Below are positions 10,003 to 20,056 of a stretch of DNA of 64,000 nt, piece by piece. Source of the stretch: Alphaproteobacteria bacterium (GTDB lineage Bacteria; Pseudomonadota; Alphaproteobacteria; GCA-2731375). A program made the position numbers and the translations under genes. The DNA is taken from the NCBI GenBank assembly GCA_965225945.1, contig CBDDBZ010000038.1, positions 416,001 through 480,000 on the forward strand. The letters are read 5' to 3'. The number at the start of each line of letters is the position of its first letter. The stretch's first letter is position 1. Below the pieces are notes generated by a model that was not told where the DNA came from, did not search any database, and worked only from the letters and a program-made list of their open reading frames with translations.

Positions 10003-11042
10003 GCGCGCGGCCCGCCGAGCTGGCGGCGCTCGCCCAATTCTCCGCCGAGCTCGGCGCGAACGTCGACTTGGTGCAGGGCGGCGGGGGCAACAGCTCGCTC
10101 GAGGCCGACGGTCGGCTCTGGATCAAGGCGTCGGGCATGTGGCTCGCCCAGGCCAGCGAGCGGGAGATCTTCATGCCCGTCGATCTGGCGCGCCTGCGGG
10201 CCAACATCGCGGCCGACGAGGCCGAGCCGACCGACGGTGCCTATGATGCCACTGGCGGCCTCCGCCCCTCGATCGAGACCACGCTGCATGCCCTGATGTC
10301 GGCGCCGGTGGTGCTGCACACCCATTCTGTCAACGCCATCGCCTGGGCCACGCGACGGGACGGCGCCGACGCCCTGGCACCCCTGCTCGAGGGGATCGAT
10401 TGGCTCTGGGTCGAGTACGAGCGGCCCGGTCTGCCGCTGACCCGCGCCGTGCGCCAGGGCCTGGAGATGCGCCCCCGCGCCCGCGTGCTGGTGCTGCGCA
10501 ACCACGGTCTCGTGGTCTCCGGCGATACGGTCGAGGAGACCCGGCGCTTGAACGCCGAGGTCGAGCGGCGCTTGGCGATCCCTCCGCGCGCCGCGCCCCC
10601 GACCGATCTCGCCCGGCTGGATATCGAAGCCGCCCGGGACGGCTGGCGGCTTCCCGGGGACCCCCTGGTGCATGCCATCGCCTCCGAGGCCGGCGCGCTA
10701 CGAATCGCGCGCCTGGGGCCGCTCTATCCCGACCATGTGGTGTTTCTCGACGGTGCCCTCCCGGTTTTGGAGCGGACAGATGACTTGGCCGGCCTCGTCG
10801 CCCGCCATCGTCGAGACTGGGGCCGGTCCCCCGCCTATGTGGCTCTGCCGGGCGCCGGCGTCCTGGTCGCCGCCGATATCTCGCCGGGGGCGGAGGAGAT
10901 GCTCCGCTGTCTCGCGGGGGTGGTGCTCAGGATCGCGCCCGAGTGGCCGATCGAGGCCTTGTCGCCGCCGGCGGTGGCGGCTTTGGTGAATTGGGAAGCG
11001 GAGCATTTTCGCCGCGCCCTCGACAAACCCCGGGCGGACTGA
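9999..11042 (+). CDS. Class II aldolase/adducin family protein
   Basis: VQGGGGNSS, IKASG, RPSIETTLHA, HTH, LRNHGL, LYPDHVVFL; ATGA overlap with the upstream gene. Confidence 0.85.
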   Translation: MSARPAELAALAQFSAELGANVDLVQGGGGNSSLEADGRLWIKASGMWLAQASEREIFMPVDLARLRANIAADEAEPTDGAYDATGGLRPSIETTLHALMSAPVVLHTHSVNAIAWATRRDGADALAPLLEGIDWLWVEYERPGLPLTRAVRQGLEMRPRARVLVLRNHGLVVSGDTVEETRRLNAEVERRLAIPPRAAPPTDLARLDIEAARDGWRLPGDPLVHAIASEAGALRIARLGPLYPDHVVFLDGALPVLERTDDLAGLVARHRRDWGRSPAYVALPGAGVLVAADISPGAEEMLRCLAGVVLRIAPEWPIEALSPPAVAALVNWEAEHFRRALDKPRAD

Positions 11043-11067
11043 CGGGCAGGGATCGGAAACGGGGAGC

Positions 11068-12726
11068 ATGCAAATCGTCGTGCCGATGTCGGGTTACGGA
11101 GAGCGCTTCCGCCGCGCCGGATACACCCTGCCCAAGCCACTCATCGAGGTCGAAGGGAAGCCGATCATCCAGCACGTCGTCGAGCTCTTCCCCGGCGCCG
11201 AGGCCATCGTCTTCGTCTGCAATCGCGAGCATCTGGAGACGCCCGAGTTCGAGCTGGCGGCGACATTGAAGCGGATCGCGCCCGAGGGACGGATCGCGGC
11301 GATCGAGCCGCACCGTCTGGGCCCGGTACATGCGGTGTTGATGGCGCTCGACCAAATCGACTCCGACCGGCCGGTGATCGTCAACTATTGCGACTTCACC
11401 TGTTACTGGGACTTCGCCGATTTTCGCCGCTTCGCCGCCGAGACCGGGGCCGAGGGGATCATCCCCTGCTATCGGGGCTTTCACCCGCACATGGTGGGCT
11501 CCACCAACTACGCCTATGTCCGCGAAACCGACGGCTGGATCGAGGATATCCAGGAAAAGCAGCCGTTCACGGCAACGCCGATGGCCGAATACGCCTCCAG
11601 CGGGACCTACCATTTCGCCTCCGGCGCCCTGCTGCGCGAGGCTTTCGAGCGTGCCGTGAGCGAGGGACATGGGCTGGGCGGCGAATTCTACGCGAGCCTC
11701 GCCTACAAACCGCTGCTGGCCGATGGCCGCGCCATCGCGGTCTACGAGCTGCAGCACTTCATGCAGTGGGGGACGCCCCGGGATCTGGCGGAGTATCGCG
11801 CCTGGTCGGCGGCCTTCCGCCGCCTCGGGCAGCCTGAGCCCGCGCCGCCGGCGCGCCACGCCGGTGCCGTGCTGCTGCCGATGGCGGGGCTCGGGAGTCG
11901 CTTTCGAGACGCGGGGTGGGAAACGCCGAAGCCGCTGATCCCGGTCTCCGGCGCGGCCATGGCGCTCCGCGCCGCCGCCGCGCTGCCGGAGGCCGAACGC
12001 CGGGTGGTGGTCCTGCGCCAGGATCTGGTGGGGCGGGAGCAAGTTCGGGCGGCGCTCGAGGTGGCGGCGCCGACCCGTTTCGTGGTCCTGGATGGGCCCA
12101 CCGACGGGCAGGCCCGGAGCTGCGTCCTGGCGCTGGACGAGGTCGCGCCGGACGCCGCGCTCACCATCGGCGCCTGCGATACCGGCGCGCTCTATGACGG
12201 CGCAGGGCTGCAGGTCTTGCTCGACGACGAGGACATCGATCTGGTGGTCTGGGTCGCCCGCGGCCATCCGCCCGCGGTCTGCCGGCCGGAGATGTACGGC
12301 TGGGTCGAGACCGACGAGGGGGGCCGCGTGCTCGCCGTCTCGGTCAAGCGGCCACTGGGGGATCCGGCGCGCGATGCCGTCATCATCGGGACCTTCAGCT
12401 TCCGCCGCGCCGCCGACTTCGCCCGCGCGGCGGCACGCTTGTTCGAGCGCGGCGCCACCGTCAACGGGGAATACTACGTCGACAGCTGCATCGAGGACGC
12501 CATCGCCCTCGAACTCGAGGTCCGCGTTTTCGAGATCGACCACTATCTCTGTTGGGGAACGCCGAACGAGCTCGCCGCCTTCGAATACTGGCAGTCGTGC
12601 TTCCACAAGTGGCCGAGCCACCCCTACAGGCTCGAGGCCGATCCGATGATCGCGCCCGAGGCGGCGCGAGCCCTCGCCGCGCGCTACCGCGCCGCACCGC
12701 CGCCGCGCCCGGGCCGGCGACTGTGA
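11068..12726 (+). CDS. Tandem double sugar-nucleotidyltransferase (NTP transferase) domain protein
   Basis: Two repeats of the signature: [22 protein letters not shown] and [22 protein letters not shown], each followed by GEFY/GEYY and WGTP. Confidence 0.85.
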   Translation: MQIVVPMSGYGERFRRAGYTLPKPLIEVEGKPIIQHVVELFPGAEAIVFVCNREHLETPEFELAATLKRIAPEGRIAAIEPHRLGPVHAVLMALDQIDSDRPVIVNYCDFTCYWDFADFRRFAAETGAEGIIPCYRGFHPHMVGSTNYAYVRETDGWIEDIQEKQPFTATPMAEYASSGTYHFASGALLREAFERAVSEGHGLGGEFYASLAYKPLLADGRAIAVYELQHFMQWGTPRDLAEYRAWSAAFRRLGQPEPAPPARHAGAVLLPMAGLGSRFRDAGWETPKPLIPVSGAAMALRAAAALPEAERRVVVLRQDLVGREQVRAALEVAAPTRFVVLDGPTDGQARSCVLALDEVAPDAALTIGACDTGALYDGAGLQVLLDDEDIDLVVWVARGHPPAVCRPEMYGWVETDEGGRVLAVSVKRPLGDPARDAVIIGTFSFRRAADFARAAARLFERGATVNGEYYVDSCIEDAIALELEVRVFEIDHYLCWGTPNELAAFEYWQSCFHKWPSHPYRLEADPMIAPEAARALAARYRAAPPPRPGRRL

Positions 12727-13103
12727 GCACCCTTCGCCAGGCCCGCCGCTTCCTCGTCGTCGGCACCACCACGGTCCTGGTCGACCTGGCGAGCTACAGC
12801 TTCTGTCTCTGGCTGGGCGTGGGAATCGACCCGGCGAAGGGGATCGGCTTCGTCGTCGGCACCATTTTCGCCTATGTGGCCAACCGGCTCTGGACCTTCT
12901 CGGCCCGGGGCGGGGCGGATCGGGTGTTCCGTTTCGCCGCGCTCTATCTCTCGACCCTGGTGGTGAACGTCGCCGTCAACGCCGGCATGGTCTGGCTGGG
13001 GGGAACCGCCAAGCCGGCGCTGGCCGCCGCCTTCGTGGTCGCCACCGGGCTCTCGGCCTGTCTGAATTTCCTTGGCATGAAGTTCCTCGTCTTCCGCGCC
13101 TGA
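12723..13103 (+). CDS. GtrA family polyprenyl-phosphate-sugar flippase
   Basis: 126 aa, 4 TM, RFLVVG...[17 protein letters not shown]. Confidence 0.88.
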   Translation: MSTLRQARRFLVVGTTTVLVDLASYSFCLWLGVGIDPAKGIGFVVGTIFAYVANRLWTFSARGGADRVFRFAALYLSTLVVNVAVNAGMVWLGGTAKPALAAAFVVATGLSACLNFLGMKFLVFRA

Positions 13104-13162
13104 AGCGGGGCGGTGCGTCGAGGTCTTCCATTTCGACGAGCGCTGTCCCGCCGGCAAAATCA

Positions 13163-13191
13163 TTGCCTTTTCCGCGTCCGCGCAGCATAGT
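13163..13191 (+). promoter_or_regulatory. Putative sigma70 promoter for hcrC-hcrA
   Basis: TTGCCT-N17-CATAGT about 40 nt upstream of the GTG start. Confidence 0.4.
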
Positions 13192-13228
13192 GCCGGAAGC
13201 ACGTGACCGCCGAAGGAGGGCCGGGTCC

Positions 13229-13699
13229 GTGAAATCCATCCTCAGCTTGACGCTCAACGGACGGTCGCGCGACGACCTGGTCGCCGACAACCTGTTGCTG
13301 GTCGACTACCTGCGCGAGGTCGCCGGCCTCACCGGCACCAAGATCGGCTGCGACGGCGGCGAGTGCGGGGCCTGCACCGTGCTGGTCGACGGCCGGCCGC
13401 GCCATTCCTGCCTGACGCTCGCGGCCCAGCTCCGGGGCCGGGCGGTGGAGACCATCGAGGCGCTGGCGAGCAACGGGCGGATGAGCGCGCTGCAACGCGG
13501 CTTCCACGAGAAGTTGGGCGCGCAGTGCGGTTTCTGCACGCCCGGCATGATCATGGCCGCCGAGGGCCTGCTGAGGCGCAATCCCGATCCGAGCGAGGCG
13601 GAGATCGAGGCCGGCCTCGCCGCCAACATTTGCCGCTGCACCGGCTACGTGAAGATCATCGAGGCGGTTCGCCAGGCGGCCGAGGAGGCGCGCGCATGA
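13229..13699 (+). CDS. hcrC: 4-hydroxybenzoyl-CoA reductase gamma subunit, 2x[2Fe-2S]
   Basis: [32 protein letters not shown]; directly precedes hcrA. Confidence 0.82.
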   Translation: MKSILSLTLNGRSRDDLVADNLLLVDYLREVAGLTGTKIGCDGGECGACTVLVDGRPRHSCLTLAAQLRGRAVETIEALASNGRMSALQRGFHEKLGAQCGFCTPGMIMAAEGLLRRNPDPSEAEIEAGLAANICRCTGYVKIIEAVRQAAEEARA

Positions 13700-16035
13700 G
13701 CCTCGCCGAGAGCCGCGTGGAGACGCCGGCGATCGGCGTGCCGCAGCCCCTGATCGACGGGCCGCAGAAGGTCATGGGTCGGGCACTTTATTCCGCCGAC
13801 TTCCAGGCCGCCGGCATGGCCGTCGGCCGGGTCCTCCGCAGCCCGCATGCCCATGCCCGCATCGTCTCGCTCGACACCTCGGCGGCCGAAGCGATGGAAG
13901 GTGTCGCGGCCGTGGTCACCGGGGCCGACGTCGCCGCCAGCTATGGTGTGCTGCCGATCGCGATGAACGAATTCGCGCTGGCCCGCGACCGGGTGCGCTA
14001 CGCCGGCGAGCCGGTGGCGGCGGTGGCCGCCGTCGACGTCGCCACGGCGCAAGCGGCGCTTCGCCGGATCCGGGTCGCCTACGAGGTGCTGCCGGCCTAT
14101 ATCCGCGCCGCCGACGCAGTGGCCGACGGCGCGGCGGCGCTGCACGACGATAAGCCCGACAACGTCGAGCGGCGGGTCGATTTCGAGCTCGGCGACGTCG
14201 AGGCCGGCTTCGCCGCAGCCGAGCTCGTGCTGGAGCGGGAATATTTCAACGCCGAGGTCTGCCAGGTGCAGATGGAGCCGCACGCGACCTTCGCCGAATA
14301 CGACGGCGAGCGCGAGGATTTGACGGTCCACACCTGCACCCAGGTACCCTATTACGTGCACCTGATGCTGGCCCGCACGCTGGAAATGGAGAAATCGCGG
14401 ATCCGCGTGATCAAGCCGCACATCGGCGGCGGCTTCGGCTGCCGGACCGAGACCTTGAACGTCGAGCTGATCGCCGCCCTCCTGGCGCGCAAGGCCGGCG
14501 GCGCGGTCAAGCTGCTCTCCAGCCGGGAAGAGACCTTCATCACCCATCGCGGCCGCCCGGAGACCACGACCCGGATGAAGCTGGGGCTGGCCAAGGACGG
14601 GCGGATCACCGCCGTCGATTGCGAGACGATCCAACGCGGCGGGGCTTACAGCGGCTACGGCATCGTCACCATCCTCTATGCCGGCTCGATGCTCTACGGC
14701 CTTTACGATATCGAGGCGGTGCGCTATCTCGGCCTCCGCGTTCTGACCAACACACCGCCTTGCGGCGCCTTCCGCGGCCACGGCACGGTCAACACCCGCT
14801 TCGCCTTCGAAAGCCTGCTGGACGAAGTGGCTGACGGCCTCGGCCTCGACCCCTTCGCCGTCCGCCGGGCGAACTTGCTCAGCCCGCCCACCATGACCAC
14901 CAACGACCTGCTGGTGAACAGCTACGGGCTGCCTGAGTGCCTGGACCGGGTCGAGGCGGCGAGCGGCTGGCGGGAACGCAAGGGCGCGCTCGGGCCGGGC
15001 CGGGGGCTCGGCATGGCCTGTTCGCATTACGTCTCCGGCGCCTCCAAGCCGAAGCACTGGACGGGCGAGCCGCATGCGACGGTGAACCTGAAGCTGGACT
15101 TCGACGGCTCGGTGACGCTGCTGACCGGCGCCGCGGAAATCGGCCAAGGCTCCTCCACCGTGCTGGCGCAATGCGCGGCCGAGACGCTGGGCGTCGACAT
15201 CTCGCGGATCCGCGTCGTCGCTTGCGACAGCCAGGTGACGCCCAAGGACAACGGCTCCTATTCCTCCCGCGTCACCTACATGGTCGGCAACGCCACGATC
15301 CAAGCGGCGGAAAACCTGAAGGCGCTGCTGGTCGAGGCCGCGGCGGCCAAGCTGGAGGCCAGGCCGGAGGAGATCGAATGCTCCGGCGAGACTTTCCGCC
15401 GCGGCAGCCAGGACCAGGGCCTCGAGTTCGACGAGGTGGTGGCCGCCGCGCTCGAGGGCACGGGCACCATCACCGTCAAGGGGACCTACGAGACGCTGCC
15501 GGAATCCTGGGGCGGGCGGAAATATCGCGGCGCCGCGATCGGCGGCACCATGGCCTTCTCCTATGCGGCCCAGGTGGTCGAGGTCGCGGTCGATGCGGAG
15601 ACCGGGGAGATCGAGGTGGTCCGGGTCTGGGTCGCGCACGACTGCGGCAAGGCGTTGAACCCGCTGGCCGTCGAGGGCCAGGTCCAGGGCTCGGTCTGGA
15701 TGGGCCTCGGCCAGGCGATGACGGAGGAGACCCGCTTCCACGAGGGCCTGGCGATCACCGCCAACATGCTGGACTACCGGGTGCCGACCATCCTCGATTC
15801 GCCACCGATCGAGGTCGCCATCGTCGAGGCGGCGGACCCCCACGGCCCGTTCGGCGCCAAGGAGGCGGGGGAGGGCTCGCTCGCCGGCTTCCTGCCGGCC
15901 CTGACGGCGGCGGTGGCCGACGCCATCGGCGTCCGCGCCCCCGATTTGCCGCTGACCCCGGAACGGCTGCTGGAGCTGATCGAGAAGGCCCCCAAGCGCC
16001 GAGGTTCCGCGAGATCCGTTCGAGTGCAATCGTGA
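13696..16035 (+). CDS. hcrA: 4-hydroxybenzoyl-CoA reductase alpha (molybdopterin) subunit
   Basis: Xanthine oxidase family motifs plus HcrA-like segments [47 protein letters not shown]. Confidence 0.85.
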   Translation: MSLAESRVETPAIGVPQPLIDGPQKVMGRALYSADFQAAGMAVGRVLRSPHAHARIVSLDTSAAEAMEGVAAVVTGADVAASYGVLPIAMNEFALARDRVRYAGEPVAAVAAVDVATAQAALRRIRVAYEVLPAYIRAADAVADGAAALHDDKPDNVERRVDFELGDVEAGFAAAELVLEREYFNAEVCQVQMEPHATFAEYDGEREDLTVHTCTQVPYYVHLMLARTLEMEKSRIRVIKPHIGGGFGCRTETLNVELIAALLARKAGGAVKLLSSREETFITHRGRPETTTRMKLGLAKDGRITAVDCETIQRGGAYSGYGIVTILYAGSMLYGLYDIEAVRYLGLRVLTNTPPCGAFRGHGTVNTRFAFESLLDEVADGLGLDPFAVRRANLLSPPTMTTNDLLVNSYGLPECLDRVEAASGWRERKGALGPGRGLGMACSHYVSGASKPKHWTGEPHATVNLKLDFDGSVTLLTGAAEIGQGSSTVLAQCAAETLGVDISRIRVVACDSQVTPKDNGSYSSRVTYMVGNATIQAAENLKALLVEAAAAKLEARPEEIECSGETFRRGSQDQGLEFDEVVAAALEGTGTITVKGTYETLPESWGGRKYRGAAIGGTMAFSYAAQVVEVAVDAETGEIEVVRVWVAHDCGKALNPLAVEGQVQGSVWMGLGQAMTEETRFHEGLAITANMLDYRVPTILDSPPIEVAIVEAADPHGPFGAKEAGEGSLAGFLPALTAAVADAIGVRAPDLPLTPERLLELIEKAPKRRGSARSVRVQS

Positions 16036-16090
16036 TAAACGTCGTGGTCGACGACGCATCGATTCTCGATCCGAAGGGGAAAGTGAGCGC

Positions 16091-16849
16091 ATGACCGAGC
16101 CGATCCGCGTCTTCTGGCGCCCGGGGTGAACCAGTTGCCTGCGCGCGAAAGAGTTTCTTTCGTCCCGAGGTGTCGATTACGAGAGCATGAACGTCCAGGA
16201 CGATCCGGCGGCGATGGCGGCCTTGCGCGCCCTCGGCGCCCGGAGCGTGCCGGTGGTCTCCAGAGGTGATCGCTTCGTCTTCGCCCAATTGCTGAACGAG
16301 GTCACCGAGTTCCTCGAGATCGAGGCGGCGGCGGGGCCGGAACTCTCCGCCGCGACGCTGGCCGAACGGCTGGACCTGGTGCTGGAAACGGCGGCGCGGC
16401 TGATCGGCCAGTTTCCCGAGGCGCGCTTGGGCGACAAGCTGCTGAACCGCGACCGCACTTACCGCGTGCTCTGCCATCACGTCTTCCGCATAACCGAAGC
16501 CTTCCTGGAGACCATGGCCGGCGCGCCGCTGACCCACGAGATGCTGACCGCCGAGCCCGGCCCGGAGGTCGAAGGCGTCGCCGACATCACCGGCTACGGC
16601 GCAGGCGTGCAGGCCCGGCAGCAAGCCTGGTGGGAGGCGTGCGAGGACCGCGAGGGACGCCGGCCGGTCGAGACCTATTTCGGCCGCCAGACGATGCACG
16701 AGGTGCTGGAGCGCACCACCTGGCACACGGCGCAGCACGTCCGCCAACTGGCAATGGCGCTGGAGATGATGGCGATCGAAGCCGACCGCCCGCTGGATGG
16801 CGAGGCGCTGGCGGGCCTGCCCTTGCCGGAAGCCGTCTGGGACGGCTGA
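16091..16849 (+). CDS. Probable selenoprotein: glutaredoxin (UxxC) - DinB fusion, 252 aa
   Basis: ATG 16091 reads MTEPIRVFWRPG-TGA-TSCLRAKEFL, in frame with ORF 16187..16849. RSVPVV cis-Pro motif; DinB-type His motifs LCHHV and WHTAQH. Confidence 0.8.
16136..16172 (+). promoter_or_regulatory. Bacterial SECIS-like hairpin
   Basis: GCGAAAGA-GTT-TCTTTCGT stem-loop (16145..16163) with apical G 24 nt after the UGA; lower stem GCCT/AGGT. Confidence 0.65.
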
Positions 16850-16900
16850 ACCAACGGTACAAGACGGCGCCGGTGCCCCTCACCAGCCACGCCCACCATA

Positions 16901-16940
16901 TTCGTCTTCATTCGGCCTCATTCGGCCTCATTCGTCTTCC
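16901..16940. repeat. 10-bp tandem repeat x4
   Basis: TTCGTCTTCA TTCGGCCTCA TTCGGCCTCA TTCGTCTTCC. Confidence 0.7.
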
Positions 16941-17119
16941 GAAGCCCTCGACGCCGCGTGACCCGATCTCCACGGGCTCGCCGCCTGGCCATGAGCGGGA
17001 CGGGGGCGAAGAGGTGAACGCGCTAACTGAACAATGATCATAAAATGACCACATTGTCGCCAAACCGCGGGCATGAATCGAATCGCAGAATCGTCGAAAT
17101 CGCACGAGGGGTGGACACC

Positions 17120-17587
17120 ATGAACCTAGCCAAACCCGATTTCGGATTATCGATCGCCATGATGGGCGCCCTGTCGCTGGGCATTCTGCCGTTGGCGGCG
17201 AGCCCTGGCGGCGCCCGGGCGGACAGCTTGGCGAGGGCCTCGAACACCTCGCTCGGCGGTTCCCTGCAAATCGTCGAGGGATCGTTGACCGCGCTTGGCG
17301 GCAGCGCCCAGATCGCCGGCGCCAGCGTCGTCCTGGTCGTCGATTCGGTCCAGGTCGTGGGCGAGAGCGTCATCGTCGTCCTCGAGGTAACGGCGGAGGC
17401 CAGCCGCGTGATCCTTCAGGGCACGTTCGATGTCGTGCACCTTTCCACCATGGCTGTCGGCGAGACCATTACGGCCCTGCTGACGACGGTGGGCTACGTT
17501 CTCTTCAAGGGCGGTCGTCCGATCGCCTTCGTCCCGGCCGAGAAGGGCCGACATTTGGCCCACAGCAGCGTCTTCGGGAGGCAGTGA
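17120..17587 (+). CDS. Exported hypothetical protein, partner of the DUF2145 gene
   Basis: Signal peptide ending ARA; beta-rich C-terminus ending IAFVP...HS; stop overlaps the next start. Confidence 0.65.
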   Translation: MNLAKPDFGLSIAMMGALSLGILPLAASPGGARADSLARASNTSLGGSLQIVEGSLTALGGSAQIAGASVVLVVDSVQVVGESVIVVLEVTAEASRVILQGTFDVVHLSTMAVGETITALLTTVGYVLFKGGRPIAFVPAEKGRHLAHSSVFGRQ

Positions 17588-18471
17588 TGCGAGCCGGGGC
17601 CGCGGCGCTTCTCGCCGCCACCCTCGTTGCGGGGTTTCTGACCACCGGCCAGGCGGCGCGGGCCGGCGGTAGCTGCGCCGAATATGAGATCTCCGGCGCG
17701 GAGATGGTCCGCCGGGTCGATTGGGCGGCACGGATCGCCGAGCAATTGGAGGCGCTGAACCCCGAGCTCGCCCTGATCGCGCGGATCGGCAGCGACGTCG
17801 GCGAATACGGCCTGCATTACACCCATGTCGGCTTCGTCTGGCGCGACCATCCCAAGGGCCGCTGGGGACTGGTCCACGTCTTGCGGGCCTGTGCGAAGAG
17901 GAGGTCCGAGATCTTCGATCAGGGACTCTTGAACTTCCTCCTGGACGACCCCTTCGCCCTCGACGTCCTGATCCTGGAGCCGACGCCCGAATTGCAGCGG
18001 GCGATCGCGGGCCGGCTGGCCTCGAACGACGCTCGTGACTTCCACGGCCGGCGCTACAGCACCATCGCCTATCCCTTCACCACCCGCTATCAGAACTCCA
18101 ACCAATGGCTGCTGGAGCTTCTGGCCGCGGCCCAAGGCGACCTCGCGGGCGAGCGGGTCGACGATCGGGGTCAGGCCCAAAAGATCCTCGCCCGCCATGG
18201 CTACCACGGCAGCGTGCTGCGCATTCCCCCCCTAAAACGGATGCTGGCGAGGTTCGTCCGCGCCGATATGGCCTTCGACGATCATCCCCGCGAGGCCGCC
18301 TGGAGGGGCGAATTCGAGACCATCACCGTGGCCTCCATCCGGCGCGATCTCGCCCTGAACGCGCTGCTGAGCGGCGAGACCGAACTGCGCTACCCGAGGC
18401 CGCACGATTTCGAGCGACAGCGGCCTCGGCGACGCGTGGAGGTGGCCGAGACGGAGGCCGAGCATCCTTGA
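17587..18471 (+). CDS. DUF2145 family exported protein
   Basis: ALIARIG.D...YGLHYTHVGF, YSTIAYPF..RYQNSNQWLLE, FDDHP, TITV.SI motifs. Confidence 0.75.
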   Translation: MRAGAAALLAATLVAGFLTTGQAARAGGSCAEYEISGAEMVRRVDWAARIAEQLEALNPELALIARIGSDVGEYGLHYTHVGFVWRDHPKGRWGLVHVLRACAKRRSEIFDQGLLNFLLDDPFALDVLILEPTPELQRAIAGRLASNDARDFHGRRYSTIAYPFTTRYQNSNQWLLELLAAAQGDLAGERVDDRGQAQKILARHGYHGSVLRIPPLKRMLARFVRADMAFDDHPREAAWRGEFETITVASIRRDLALNALLSGETELRYPRPHDFERQRPRRRVEVAETEAEHP

Positions 18472-18486
18472 ATTTTCCCCTTGGTG

Positions 18487-18732
18487 TCAGGAGTGATCGT
18501 GCGGCTCGTGATCCTCCGTCTCGGGGTCGATCAGGCGGTGGATGTGGACGATAAAGTAGCGGGTGTGCGCCTCGTCGATCGTCGATCGGGCCTTGCCCTG
18601 CCAGGCCGCGTGGGCCTCGGCGTAGTTCGGATAGATGCCGACGATGTCGAGGCCCCGGGTGTCGACGAATTCGTGCCCGCTCGGGTCCTCCAACTCGCCG
18701 CCGAACACCAGATGCAACAACTGCTTGGTCAT
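18487..18732 (-). CDS. DUF4170 family protein
   Basis: QLLHLVFGGEL...DIVGIYPNYA.A..AW....DEAHTRYFIVHIHRL. Confidence 0.85.
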   Translation of the reverse strand: MTKQLLHLVFGGELEDPSGHEFVDTRGLDIVGIYPNYAEAHAAWQGKARSTIDEAHTRYFIVHIHRLIDPETEDHEPHDHS

Positions 18733-18768
18733 GCCATGGCTCCTCGTCGCAGGGGGGAGACGACCACT

Positions 18769-19055
18769 CTAGTGAATAGAATCCAACATATGGTACCCCT
18801 ACGACGGTTTCCCGAGTTCGTCCGGAAAGGCGCCTGGTGCGCCGTGATGCGGGCGCATCACAAGCGCCGGGCAACGCGTCCGGCGGGCTCGGGAAGCCGC
18901 CCTTCGGGTCCCATATCCTGGCTTCTCCCAAATCCTGGCTTCTCGGGGCGTCGGGCACCCTTGACGATGTGCCGGCATCGCCGGCGGGCGCCCTCCTGGC
19001 GAGAAACCAGGATATGGGATCGTAGGGGTACCCTATGTTGGATTCTATCCACTAG
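18769..19055. mobile_element. Non-coding MITE-like structured element A (36-bp terminal inverted repeats, CTAG ends)
   Basis: 18769..18804 matches the reverse complement of 19020..19055 at 34/36; two internal long hairpins. Confidence 0.8.
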
Positions 19056-19095
19056 GCCCAAACCCGTGACCAAGGCGTCAACCGATGGCGCCCCC

Positions 19096-19851
19096 TCACC
19101 GGCCCTGGAAGCGAGGCGCGCGCTTCTCGAGGCGCGCGGCGATGCCTTCCCTGGTGTCCTCGCTCTGGTTGGTCTCCAGCACCAGGGCGTCGAGGTCGGC
19201 GTGCTGGATATCGTCGCGGAATTCCATCTCCCGGACCAGAATTCGCTTCATCGTCCGCATCGAAAGGGGCGCGTTCCTGGTCAGCCGCTCGATCAATTGG
19301 CCGGCGCGGGCCTCCAGCTCGTCCTCCGGGGCCACGGCGTGGATGATCCCCTTCTCGTGCATCCAGGCCGCCGGCACCGGGTCGCCGATCAGCAGGAATT
19401 CCCGCGTCGCCACCGGCCCCGCCACCTCCAGCAGCTTCTTCGCCAGGAACCAGTTGAGCGCCAGGCCGATCCGCGCCAGTGGCATGGCGAAGCGGGCGCT
19501 TGTCGCGGCGACGACGAAATCGCAATGCAGCGCCAGCTCGTTGCCGCCGGCGATCGCATCGCCTTGCACCACCGCGACGACGGGCAGCGGATAGGTCTCG
19601 AGCGCGCGCAGCATGGCCTCGATCGGGCTCGCCTTGCCTAGCCGCTCGCGCCGCTCGGTCAGATCGAGGCCGGAACAGAACACCGTGCCCTCGCCCCTGA
19701 GCACGCACACCCGCTCCGCCGCCGGCGGCTCGGCCGAGAAGGCCTCGCGCATGTCGTCCAGCATGCCCTGGGTGAGGGCGTTGCGCTTCTCGGGCCGCGC
19801 CATGGTCACGGTGCGGACGGGGCCCGCGCTCTCCACCTTGATCAACGACAT
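19096..19851 (-). CDS. Enoyl-CoA hydratase/isomerase family protein
   Basis: RPEKRNAL, FCSGLDL, AIAGGNELALHCDF, C-terminal EGIAARLEKRAPRFQGR. Confidence 0.9.
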   Translation of the reverse strand: MSLIKVESAGPVRTVTMARPEKRNALTQGMLDDMREAFSAEPPAAERVCVLRGEGTVFCSGLDLTERRERLGKASPIEAMLRALETYPLPVVAVVQGDAIAGGNELALHCDFVVAATSARFAMPLARIGLALNWFLAKKLLEVAGPVATREFLLIGDPVPAAWMHEKGIIHAVAPEDELEARAGQLIERLTRNAPLSMRTMKRILVREMEFRDDIQHADLDALVLETNQSEDTREGIAARLEKRAPRFQGR

Positions 19852-20056
19852 ATCCAGCCTCACTCGCCTGTTGTCTCGCCGCGCGGAGTGTAGCTTTGTG
19901 AGCCGGAGCGGGCCAAGCCGTCCGGTGAGCTGGGGAGGGGGAAATAGCTGGGCCGCCCGGCATGGATCCAGGCGGCCCCGCTTCACGCCATTGGGAGGGA
20001 GAGGTCGTGACGCTCGCTTGGTCCCGGCGCGGCGGCCGGGATGATGTTCTATCGCC

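Noticed and set aside
13645-16092. Very long antisense/alternative-frame ORFs (815 aa here; also 38165..40096, 50296..52761, 29622..31868)
   Set aside because: Shadow ORFs expected in high-GC DNA; they lack motifs and overlap well-supported genes.
17045-17062. ATGACCACATTGTCGCCA as a RegA box
   Set aside because: Only one half-site fits the consensus.
18481-19641. 386-aa ORF spanning element A as a possible transposase
   Set aside because: No DDE or HUH motifs; it is antisense to DUF4170 and the enoyl-CoA hydratase.
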